A model generated the notes under the pieces. It was not told the DNA's origin, did not search any database, and worked only from the letters and a program-made list of their open reading frames with translations. A stretch of 64,000 nt of DNA from Squalus acanthias. Its lineage: Eukaryota. Location of the stretch: NCBI GenBank assembly GCA_030390025.1, contig CM059432.1, forward strand, positions 84,570,001 to 84,634,000, given 5' to 3'. Within the stretch, counting starts at the first letter, position 1, and the number at the start of each line of letters is the position of its first letter. Made by a program: the position numbers and the translations under genes. Shown piece by piece: positions 52,976 to 63,323 of this stretch.

Positions 52976-53404
52976 CCATGCACAACATGCACCAGTGCAG
53001 ATACACACACATCTGTGGGACCATTAAGTCGGATAGTAGAGTTGTTACCTGGGGCTAGAAATTCATTATAGTCCGGGAATTGACGGTACAATTAGAAAAG
53101 TTGGAGAATTAGTGCCAAGCGTTAATGCTTTAAACTGCACGCAAAATTCATGCTCACTGCTCAAGAAATGATTGGAGTCCTAATTCTTGAAGCCCAAGCT
53201 TATTGGCGTAACACTCATAGGATGGACCAATATCAGGTGCAGTCTAATCGCAAGTCAAGATTGCCACAGGCTTTTACCAGGTCTTAAAGGGGAGGTTCAT
53301 TGATGCTGCAGAACCTCATTCTCAACATTGCTGGCTGTGTAGCTGCCTCAGTAAGCAGCAGCCGGTCAAGGAAAAGGAGCCAGAGGATTGAAGCAGTTGT
53401 ACTC

Positions 53405-54790
53405 ATGGCAGATCCACACCCCGGAGAGGGAGCCTGCAGATTCTGCGATCAAGCATTGGAGGCGTTGGTGTTCGCTGTGGAAAGACACAGGGCGGTGCTT
53501 TACTGGACAAGTTGCAGGAGGCCCTCGTGGCAAGTCTGCCGCACCATGTGGAGGGAGGTAGCGCAGCACATCTCGGGCAGCACTGTGGTACCCAGGATCC
53601 ACACAAAGTACAGGAAGAAATTTAGCAACCTCACTCAGGTGGTCAGGGTGAGTGAATGCTTCAACAAATTTTATGTACCACCATCTGAACCACAGTCTAC
53701 ACGCACTGCCAAAAGCACCACACCCCCAGCACTCACCCACCAACAATCTCTACCTACCAACACTTACACCCACATCTCACCCCTTGCACACAATGACAGC
53801 TATTCAACTATGGAAGGCACATCACCACCGCGTCACTGCATGTCTCACCTGCAGGCACCAGTTCAGACATTGGCACTACGCATTCTTTAGAGGCTAGTAT
53901 AGTAGCGGGATCTGCACAGGGTGAGGCACTGGTAGCTTGGGGGTCAGCTCCCCGGAGGGTGAGTTCGTGCACAAGTTCTGCTGCACAGGACTCAGATGAG
54001 TACCTCGATAGGAAGGCGTTGAGAAGAAGGGTGATGGTCATGCACACCGAGATGATAGGTGCAATGGCAAGGGTGACCGAGAGCCTCTCGGCAATGATAA
54101 GGAGCGTGGAGGAGTCCGCCTCCAACATTGCACAAGGCTCTACACACACCATGGAGCCCATCATTTCAATTCTGCAAAGGATGGTAGACTCCCAGAGAGA
54201 CCGTGGCAACCCAGACCTGATGCCGTGTGTGATGGCCGATCTGGCAGCTTTCATTGCAGCACAGGCGGAAGCGACGCAACGTCTTAGTGCTGTAGTGCAG
54301 TCTATGGTTGGTGCCATCCAATCTCAGACTGCTCTCATGCCACCTTAGTTTGATGCCACACAAGCTTTGACTGCTGCCATAGTGGCTGAGTCTTTCACTG
54401 TCGACCAGGGCTTTCACGGTGTCGCAGTCGGCCAGCAATCTGTGCTCCAGATTGCTAGGGATGCTGAGGTGCTGCCCCGGGGGAGTGGCAGTGGGTCAGT
54501 GGAGCAGGACCCTGCTGTCCTCTCTCATGATGACAGCATTCCTGCTCCCACCACTGCCACTCCGCCATTGCCCTTGCCACTGCCTGTCATCCAGCCAGCC
54601 CAGACTGCTGCCGCCCATGCTGAAGTGGTGCAGTCTATAGCCGGGCCTTCCAGGCCTAGAGCTGGTTGAGGGCTTCCTGCAAGGCCATATAAAATCTCCC
54701 GCATGGACACTCAGCAGCCTTCCACCAGCCCTGCTGCAGCCACTGGGCCAACACTTCATAGGAGCACTGGATTGGCAAAGGCACAGTAAA
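53405..54790 (+). pseudogene. Harbinger B Myb/SANT gene (exon 2 apparently deleted, stops in exon 3)
   Basis: RFCDQALEALVFAVERHRAVLY...WREVAQ...RKKFSNLTQVVR|GTGAGT. Exon 3 is homologous to element A (MHTEM, AQA, AVLSHDDSIPA). Confidence 0.85.
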
Positions 54791-54989
54791 AAGTGGCTCT
54801 AAGGGATTGCACAAGGGTGAATAGTTAATATTTTTGTTGTAAATATGAGTTCACTGATTATTGATAAATTTATTAAATCAGTTTGGATTCTTTTGTGGTG
54901 TCTCTCATTTCAGCTTTGCGCTGTGATATGGCCTGTGACAGGGATGGAATGACAGGGATGTGGTGAGCAACGGGGATCTGGGGTTTAAT

Positions 54990-56030
54990 TCATTCGAACC
55001 GCAATCTGATGAGGCGGTCACGGACTGCCCTTCCGGATGGTCGATTGACTGGCTGCCTCCTCCCTCGCTCCTGTTCCTCCTCCTCCTTGTCCTCCCTGCA
55101 CACCACTACAAAATGTGACACCCGCTCAGCTGAGTACTGGAGGGCTCCTCCCGAGCCGTCAAGGCAGTGGAACCCTTGCTTCAGCAGGCCGATGGTCTGG
55201 ACGATGATGTTCCTGGTGACAGCATGGCTCTCATTATATGAGTGCTGGGCACGAGCGTTGGGGTTGCGGAGGGGAGTCATGAGCCAGGTGGGGAGCGGAT
55301 AGCCGTTGTCTCCAACCAGCCAGCTGCGAGATTGACATGGTGGCTGGAAGAATGCTGGCATACTGGTCTGGCGCACGATAAAGGCATCATGCCTGCTGCC
55401 AGGATAGCAGGCATTGACACATTAAGTGAGTGGTAGCCTTTGCTGTTATGGAAGATCTCAGGATTGTTATGCGGTGCCCACAAAGCCACATGGGTGCAGC
55501 CAATGGCGCCCTGTACCGTGGGGAATCCCACTGTCTTGGCAAAGCTACATGCACGCTCGTCCTGCTTCTTTCTGGTGATGGGGAAGCAAATGTAGTCCCT
55601 TCTCCTACTGAAGGGAGCCTCTGTGACCTCCCGGATGCAGTGATGGACAGCGAACTGCGAGATGTTAGCTCTGTCTCCTGTTGCAGACTGGAGGGATCCG
55701 CTGGCGAAGAAATTGAGGGCGACGGTGACCTCGACTGCCACTGAGAGAGCCATGGACCCCTTGATCTGAGGCTTGAGGTCTGGTTGCAGAACGTGGCAGA
55801 GTTCTGTGGCCATCTCCATGGTGAAGCGGAGTCTTCTAATACACTGCTCCTCACTTAATTGGAGGTAGGAGAAATGCTCTTGGAATACCCTTGGAGGGTA
55901 AGGCCTCCTGTTGAGAGACCTGATGGCCCTCCTCCTCCCTCTGGCCACATGTTCCTGTCTTTCTTGCTGCCTCCGCTCCCTCAGCCGTAGATCCTGGAGG
56001 GCGAGGTCAACTGCCAGTACAGCCCCCCAT
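54990..56030 (-). pseudogene. Harbinger B transposase, disrupted
   Basis: RRPYPPRVF, GAIGCTHV, WLVGDNGYPL, GGALQYSAERV. Internal deletions and frameshifts. Confidence 0.9.
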
Positions 56031-58386
56031 TAATGTAACCAAGTGTAACAGTTTGATTTTTTAAAGAATAAATGTAGCTACTTTTTAGTTGCCACAACAC
56101 TCCTGATACTAAATAACCTTGAAATCATGGAATGAGACTGTAGCACTATGTGAAACTGAGAAGAAAGCACTGAAGCTCCACTAACCTACAGCTGCAACTC
56201 ATTACTGATGATCCCTTTAAATAACATCCCTGGAGCCAGCTTCCTGGTGCTTCACGCCAGCTCTCCCTGTCACTGTTTCCTCCAAGCACTAAGGTAGGTG
56301 GCGACAATTAAGTTTGCAGATCGGGCAGTCAGTGAGCATTGCACACTCACTGAGGTCACGATCCACCTGGCGTTGAGGCTCCTGGCGATAACTGTTAGCG
56401 GCGGCACTGTGTGGAGGGGTGGGATTTGGTGTGCGCTGCTGGATTCGCCTCACCCCGGCAATAATGCTCTAGCGCCCCATTAACGCCATCTGCTGACACT
56501 AACGGAAGGCGCTAAGGTACCGAATTTTTCCTCCCTGGTGTCTTACAAATCACATGTGAACAAAAGCAGATGGTGCAGACAGGAAAAGCAGTGGAGAGTC
56601 CTCGTTGGAGGCGCAGGATGCTTTTAAGCTCTGCTCAGCTGGATGCAGATGCTGAACCTCGGGGGCCGTCGACAAAGAGGATGATTCTGGAGAAGCAGCA
56701 AAAAATGTGTGAGGATCTGGTAGGATTTCCAGCTGCAATGTGCTTGCTGGCAGGGAGAATAGAAGATTCCATCTCAAGCATGACTGGCATGATGTCGCAG
56801 GCCATGGCTATGATGTGTTCATCCATGGAAAGGGTGGCCACCTGCATGATGCATCAAAAGCGGCAGTCAAATGAGTGCATGCTAGCCCTCACCAACAGCT
56901 TGCACACTCTGAATGCTACCTTAACAAGGATGGATAGAAACCTAGACTTGGCTGTTCATTGCCCCACTGATATGCAGCAAAGTGCTCTCCAGCTCATTGC
57001 TAGCAGTGAAGTGTGGGTGGGCCATGAGAGACATGATGGTGAAAGGGGATGTAGAACTGGGAATCTGCTCAAAGCGCTTCCACTTCTCACCCGTTGCCGC
57101 CCCCTCAGTCAGTGCCCCACATGCTGCCTCATCTCCCGATGGCCAAGTCTGCCCCTGCACAGGTGCAGGAGCAGCAGTCTTGCTGGGGCCTTCAAAACCC
57201 AAAACCCAGAGGATGTCAGCCAAGAGCATTTCAGCAGTCAGAGTAGGGAAGTGAGCAGCCTTCCACTACCACTGCTGAAGTCACAGAGGTTGCACAATGT
57301 AGAAGTGGTAGGAAGAGTAAGATGAAAGAATTCTAGTTGCACAAGGGTATGCACATGGGTGTGTTAGGCAATGTTGCACCTTGAAGGTTATGTTGAAATT
57401 TAGAAGTACATAAAATTATTTCTTTGTACCACTTTCCCATCTTGCCCATTTTTGCCTGCTGCTTGGCAAGTGGCCTTGTCCCTTGTAATGAATAGTAGGA
57501 TATGAATTAACTGCGAGCAATAGATATCTGTCATTGCAGGACTGCTTTGTGCAGGGGCGGGGGGACAAGTGGGATCAGCATCTGGGTGCCAGATAGGTGC
57601 ACTGGTGCAACCTAACTAAATCATGCCATTATGAGGAAATCCCAGGCAGCAATGTGTGCCACTGCTGGTGCCATATCTACATTAAGGTCCTGTTCCTCCT
57701 CCTCTTGTTCCTCCTCCTCTTGTTCCTCCTCCTCCTCCTCTGAAGAGGCTCTGTGCTCTGTGCCTTGCTCCTCCTGCAGCTCCAATCCTTGCTGCTGTGC
57801 TATGTTGTGCAGAGCGCAGCATACGACGATCATTCTGGAGACCCCGGTTGGTGTGTATTGAAGGGCTTCTCCAGATCTGTCCAGGCATCTGAAGCGCGTC
57901 TTCAGCATCCTGATTACTTGCCCTATTACACATCTCGTTGTCATTTGGCTTTGATTGTAGCGCTCTTCGGACTCATTGCTTGGCCTCTTCAAGGGTGTCA
58001 TCAGCCACATCTTCAGTGGATACCCCTTGGGGGAAAAATTAGGTCACGCCCCGTTTGGGGCGCAAATATCGTCTGGACGCAAAAATTAGCGCCTGGCGCT
58101 AATTATCGCCACTGACTGGAAACTTCACTTTTACCGCCCCGGGAGGTGAGTGGAGCGCTAAATCAGGCGCTGCACACCTGTCTTAAGGTGCAAAGGCCGA
58201 GCAGTGAGGCGCTAACTCAGCGCGCGAGCGCAGCGCAGGTGCTGCCAGTTAGCGAGGGAACACAGACACACTGGCGCCGGCCAGTTCTTAAAGCAGGGGG
58301 GCCAACTTGCTCCCCAGCCACACCCTGCTCATTGCAGCCTTGAATCTCGGCCTGGAGAGACCTGTGAATCCATTTTGCTGCCAAGG

Positions 58387-60065
58387 ATGGAGAGGGTGAG
58401 AGAACGAGCTCAGCGCTTCTCCGAGCGGGCCTTGGATGCTCTGGTTGGCGCGGTGGAGCGCAGAAGATGTATACTCTTCCCTGAGAGTGGCAGGAGGCCT
58501 TTGCCACGCGAGTACAGAAGAGTGTGGAGGGAGGTGGCTCAGAGCGTCTCCTCCAGGAGCATGGTGCCCAGGACCCATGTTCAATGCCGCAAAAAGTTCA
58601 ACGACCTCACTCGGGTCGTCAGGGTGAGTGGCTTTTTCTCAATACCTCTCCATCCCTCCATCTCAACCTCACTCTATGGCCAGAGGGTCTTAAAACCCAA
58701 ATGCACAACACTCATCCAACACCTATGGCCCTTTCATGAAACACACACACACATTCCACACTTTGCATACAGTAAGGGCTATTCACCTATGGGAGGCACA
58801 TCAGGCAAGACCATAGCTGCATACAGTAAGGGCTATTCACCTATGGGAGGCACATCAGGCAAGACCATGGCTGCATACAGTAAGGGCTATTCACCTATGG
58901 GAGGCACATCAGGCAAGACCATGGCTGTATATTTACGCAGATGCTGTCCTTTTACTTGCAGGCCAAGCTGGCGCATAATAGGAGACAGCAGCAACGGACA
59001 GGTGGAGGGCGGCCTCAGCTGCAACCCCTCAGCGATCTTGAGGAGCGCGTCCACAGGATTGTGGCAAGCCGGGTGATCGGTCCCGTCGCCACTGGAGACG
59101 CCGACCCCGTTCTGGACAGCAATGGTAAGGTCATCACCTTTTTGTCCGCTGTCCTTCCACTTGTCCCTCACAACACCAGCCTTTGACACTTTCAATCCAA
59201 CTTGCTAACTCGCTGCACTTATTCCTCCCTTACTGCCACCCTGTCCTCACGCTAAAGCCACTCTTGTACCTCCCTGCTTTCAGATGGTGATTCACCAGCT
59301 GAGGAGACGGGCCCTGAAGCCGCCAGTGGGAGTGAAGCTGCAGCCGAGGAGGAAGAGGAAGCCGGAGCATCAGTGCCACCCTCTCCCGAGGAAGCCCATG
59401 CCCACACTGGGAACACGCATTCCCTGGAGGGGAGCAGGGGGGAAGGGTCTGATGAGGGTGAAGCTCCAGGACCCAGCGGGCTGCAGCAACGCCATGGGGG
59501 TAGGGAAGAACGGGGGCCTTCTCCCCAGAGGGAGAGTATGCCAGCGACTCCTACTGCAATGGACGCAGAGGAGGAGCGGCTGATCGCAGAAATGAACACC
59601 CAGGCGGTGGGCATGCACACTGAGCTCATGGGTGCAGTGGGAAGGGTGCCCGAATGCATTGAGTCACTGGCAAGGAGTGTGGAGCACTTCGCTGTAGCAC
59701 AGGCGGATGCCACACTAACGCTTAGTGCTGCAATTCAGTCACTGACTGCCGTGATCCCATCTCTGACTGCTCTCATGCAGACTCAGATTGAGGCCACGCG
59801 AGCACTGACTGCTGCCAACCTCGATGGTTCGTTCACATGTCCCCGGGGCTCTCACCGCGCCGCAGCAGGCCAGCAATCTGTGCTCCAGCAGATTGCTCCG
59901 GATGCTGAAGTGCTGCCCCGTGGGAGTGCCAGTGTGTCGGGCGAGCAGGGAGTTGCTGTCCTCTCTCACGATGACAGCATTCCTGCTGCCAACACTGTCA
60001 CTTCTCCACTGCACTTGCCACCGCCTGTAGGACAGACTGCTGCCGCCCATGCAGAGTTGGTGTAG
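58387..60065 (+). CDS. Harbinger Myb/SANT-like protein, 3 exons (58387-58623, 58962-59124, 59284-60065). 393 aa to a probable premature TAG; 458 aa to the stop at 60260.
   Basis: RFSERALDALVGAVERRRCILF...WREVAQSVSS...QCRKKFNDL. GT-AG introns of phase 0 and 1 keep the frame. Exon 2 contains RTGGG. Confidence 0.85.
58764..58927. repeat. 54-bp tandem repeat x3 in Myb intron 1
   Basis: Units start at 58764, 58818 and 58872. Confidence 0.95.
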
Positions 60066-60572
60066 TCTGCAGCCGAGCCCTCCAGGCCCAGAACTGGTCG
60101 AGGCCGTCCTTCAGGGGCATCTGCAGTGTCAGGGTCTGACAATCTGCAGCCTTCCACCAGCCTTGCTGCAGCCACTGAGGTCCCATTACGGAGGAGCAGT
60201 AGGGTTAGAAGGGGGGAAGTGCGCAAGGGAAGGAGATCACCCTCGAAGGGCAAAAAGTAGGAGGTGTGACCAAATGTTGGTCATTTTTTTATTAAAGGCT
60301 GAGGTTCGTGGTCCAACTTTTGTCTAGTGTTTTGGACATTATCTCCAGGTTGTGAGAACCAGTTATGTTAATGACTGTTTTTTTGTGTTTATTTCTATGA
60401 GTTTGTCATGAGGAAATGACACACACAGAGTTTCTAAAATAAATAAGTTTTTGTATTCAAAATATACATGTTTGGTGTTTGGAATCATTGGTGCCTTGGC
60501 CGGCTTAGGGGTTGCGTGCTGGGTTCATTGATGTTGTTAGCAATGGCAGAAGCCATTTCCACAGCAGGGGCC

Positions 60573-61733
60573 CTAGAAGCGGCTTGCTATCAGCCGCTGA
60601 CGGACGGCCCTTGCAGTTTCACCATTGTGGGCCGCCCTCCCGCCTTGGTGCTGCTGATGATCATCCTCCTTGTCCTCTTCCTCCTCTTCCTCCTCCTCCT
60701 CTGGTGGTGCTCCAAGGCCTGGTGGCATTGGCTGGGTCCTGACGATTGCCATGTTATGCAACATGCAGCACACAACTATGAAGTTGGATACTCGCTCAGG
60801 CGAGTACTGCAGGGCTCCTCCAGAATGGTCGAGACAGCGGAACCGTTGCTTCAGCATGCCGATTGTGCGCTCAATGATGTTCCTGGTAGCTTGATGGCTC
60901 TCGTTGTACCGCAGCTCAGCAGGGGTGTTGGGCGTACGGAGCGGTGTCATCAGCCAGGTGCTCAATGGATACCCCTTGTCCCCGAGAAGCCAACCAACTG
61001 GCTGATGCGGTGCCTCGAAAAGTTCTGCCACAGTAGTCTGGCGCAGGATGAAAGCATCGTGGCAGCTGCCAGGATAGTGGGCATTGACAGCGAGTATCAG
61101 CTGTCTGTGGTCACAGACCAACTGAACATTCAAGGAATGGAACCCCTTTCTGTTCCGGAATTCCTCGGCATTCTCATGTGGAGCACGCAAAGCCACATGC
61201 GTGCAGTCAATGGCGCCCTGCACCATGGGGAAGCCCGCTATCCTCGCAAAGCCCAGAGCGCGGTCACGCTGCTTGTCTGGGGTCATAGGGAAAGAGATGA
61301 ACTCTCGTCTCCTTTTAAAGAGGGCATTTGTGACCTGCCGGATGCAGCAATGCACCGCGAACTGGGAGATATTGGCGAGGTCCCCAGCAGCAGCTTGAAA
61401 TGAGCCAGTAGCATAGAAGTTGAGAGCCACTGTGACCTTCACTGCCACCGACAGAGACGTCCTGGACCTCAGTTGAGGCTGCAGGTCTGGCTGCAGCAGG
61501 TGGCAGAGCTCAGTGACCACCTCCTTGCTGAATCGCAGCCTTCGCAAACACAGCTCCTCAGACATATGAATGTAGGAGAGCTGTTCACGATATACCCTGG
61601 GAGGGTAAGCTCTCCTGTACATACGCCTGTTGGCCCTCCTCCGTCTGGCCATCATTGCCACTCTCTCTCTGCGTCTCTGTGTCCTCCGATTCAGCTGGAG
61701 CAGGACGACGCCCCCAATCAGTGCAGCCCCCAT
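60573..61733 (-). CDS. Harbinger (HARBI1-like, DDE_Tnp_4) transposase, intact, 386 aa from ATG at 61733
   Basis: Uninterrupted ORF with GAIDCTHV, GSCHDAFIL, LLGDKGYP and IERTIGMLKQRFRCL. The MGA start is equivalent in copies B and D. Confidence 0.95.
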   Translation of the reverse strand: MGAALIGGVVLLQLNRRTQRRRERVAMMARRRRANRRMYRRAYPPRVYREQLSYIHMSEELCLRRLRFSKEVVTELCHLLQPDLQPQLRSRTSLSVAVKVTVALNFYATGSFQAAAGDLANISQFAVHCCIRQVTNALFKRRREFISFPMTPDKQRDRALGFARIAGFPMVQGAIDCTHVALRAPHENAEEFRNRKGFHSLNVQLVCDHRQLILAVNAHYPGSCHDAFILRQTTVAELFEAPHQPVGWLLGDKGYPLSTWLMTPLRTPNTPAELRYNESHQATRNIIERTIGMLKQRFRCLDHSGGALQYSPERVSNFIVVCCMLHNMAIVRTQPMPPGLGAPPEEEEEEEEEDKEDDHQQHQGGRAAHNGETARAVRQRLIASRF

Positions 61734-63027
61734 AGTCTCTTTGCAAGCAAAGTTATGAAGGACAGCAACCAAAGTACCAGCGAAGTTAGGATCAGTAGGC
61801 AAAACTACCTCACACAGCGTTGACTCAATGCAGAAGTCTCTCTTTCTCTCTCTCCGAATCTCTCTCTCTCTCTCAGAACGAGTGGTGCAAAAATGTCAAC
61901 CACAGAAAAAGACAGGAAGAGGCCCCCTTTAAATAGCGCCCCCCCCAGCCCCACAGCGATTGATAGCGTTCCAGTCTTCCGGTCGTTGGATGCGCCAGGC
62001 GGTAAGGCAGGGGGCGCCACTCAATTTCCGCTCCGGGGCGCCACAAGGGCGTTGCACCATGGAATGACGTCACAATCTGCGCGCGCAGGTGGTCGCAGCG
62101 GTAAAGTTTAGCGCCGCCGCACAATGTCCAGTTAAGTTCCCGAGCGGCGCAAACATCGCTGCGCCCGGGCACTAGCGGCTTTGCGCCCCATTAGTGCCCT
62201 CTTAAGGCGCTAACGGGAGGCGCAACCAACTGAATTTTTACCCCCTTGTCTCCAAGCAGCCAGCCGGTAAGTCTGTTCAGAGTTGTGAAGAGCTGAGGGA
62301 GGGTGGACTGGCGCAGGATGAATGAATCATGACAGCTCCCTGGGAATCTGGCATACACATGGATGATGATCTTTTTATGGTTGCAGACGAGTTGCACATT
62401 GATGGAGTGGAAGCCCTTTTGGTTCACAAACATTCCTGGATTATCTGGGCCTTGATGGCCACATGTGTGCAGTCAATGATGCCTTGCACCTATGGGAAGC
62501 CAGCCAGAGCTGCGAACCCGAGCGTACGCTCATTCTGACTGGCTTCATCAATGGCAAAATGTACATAAGTGCCTGCCTTGTCAAACATGGCATTGGTCAT
62601 CTGAGTGTTGTATTTGTGGGCAGCCGACTGTGAAATCCTGAAAATATCTCCTGAAAATCCCTGGAAGGCGCCGAAGGTGAAGAAGTTGAGGGCGGTGGTC
62701 ACTGGTAACGTGTGTCCACCAGGTCCACTTGGCAGCAGGTCTTCTTCCAGCAGGCTACAAATGTCTGCCATGACCTGACGCGATACCTGAGCCTCTTGAG
62801 GTACTGGTATTCAGTCATGTCCAGGAAGCTGATCCTCTGCCTACATACCCTGTGTTGGGGGTACCACCTCCTGCAAGCTCCACCCCTCTGCTTATCCCCT
62901 CGCTCCTGTGGAGCAGCAGGTTGGTGAGGAGAAGGCCGCTGCTGCTCCTACTGATGTTGTTGCTGCTGTTTCTCATCTTGGTCCTCATCTGAGGTCCAAG
63001 GTGAAACAGCATAAGATCCTTTCTCAT

Positions 63028-63323
63028 TACTGTCCTTATGTCATCCTTTATTATCAGGGCTAACCCCCCTCCTTTCCATTCTGCCTGTCTTTTCGAAACA
63101 TCAAGTTCCCTGGAATATTTAGTTTCCCACCTTGGTCACCTTGCAATCACATCACTGTAATGGCTATTAGATCAAAACTATTTATCTCTATTTGTGCCAT
63201 TAGTTCATCTATCTTATTACGAATGCTTCATGCATTCAGATGAAGAGCCTTTAATTTTAACTTTTTACCATTATTCCCAGCTTTCACCTTATTCACTGAT
63301 GCACTATTACCGTTAAACTCTCT
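63028..63323 (-). mobile_element. CR1 endonuclease-region fragment
   Basis: LKALHLNA*SIRNKIDEL...GDQGGKLNIPG...RQNGKEGGL. Confidence 0.8.

Larger units (their letters stand above)
53052..56534 (+). mobile_element. Two-gene Harbinger (element B), decayed, TSD CTG
   Basis: CTG|GGGCTAGAAATTC ... GAATTTTTCCTCC|CTG. Myb remnant on +, transposase remnant on -. Confidence 0.92.
45542..57330 (+). pseudogene. Harbinger C Myb/SANT-like gene, 3 exons, disrupted
   Basis: FSDTSLDLLL...KKAWLEIAAQVSSRSVVARSWIQCRK [SINE] RFDDLMRSGK|GTGAGT. Exon 2 EKRAQNTRERQRTGGGPP... with AG/GT boundaries. Acidic exon 3 from 52310. Confidence 0.75.
58029..62244 (+). mobile_element. Near-intact autonomous-type PIF/Harbinger transposon (element A, 4216 bp), TSD CTT
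   Basis: CTT|GGGGGAAAAATT ... AATTTTTACCCC|CTT. Removing it restores the host GDKGYP codons. Two convergent genes. Confidence 0.95.
44578..63027 (+). mobile_element. Old two-gene Harbinger (element C), fragmented by nested insertions; right end not seen
   Basis: Left terminus GGCCGGAATTTT. Myb exons at 45542-46216, 47622-47781 and 52310-57330. Convergent transposase at 57621-58028 + 62245-63027. Confidence 0.75.
57621..63027 (-). pseudogene. Harbinger C transposase, split by element A
   Basis: ...GWLLGDK (62245 side) continues as [12 protein letters not shown] (58028 side). [19 protein letters not shown] and RFRCLDRSG motifs. Confidence 0.88.

Noticed and set aside
60468..61403. 311-aa ORF on the + strand
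   Set aside because: Antisense shadow of the GC-rich transposase, with no recognisable motif.
60573..61733. Host HARBI1 gene (and NAIF1/MSANTD gene at 58387)
   Set aside because: Both lie within TIRs and a TSD, with related decayed copies nearby, so they are transposon genes rather than domesticated genes.
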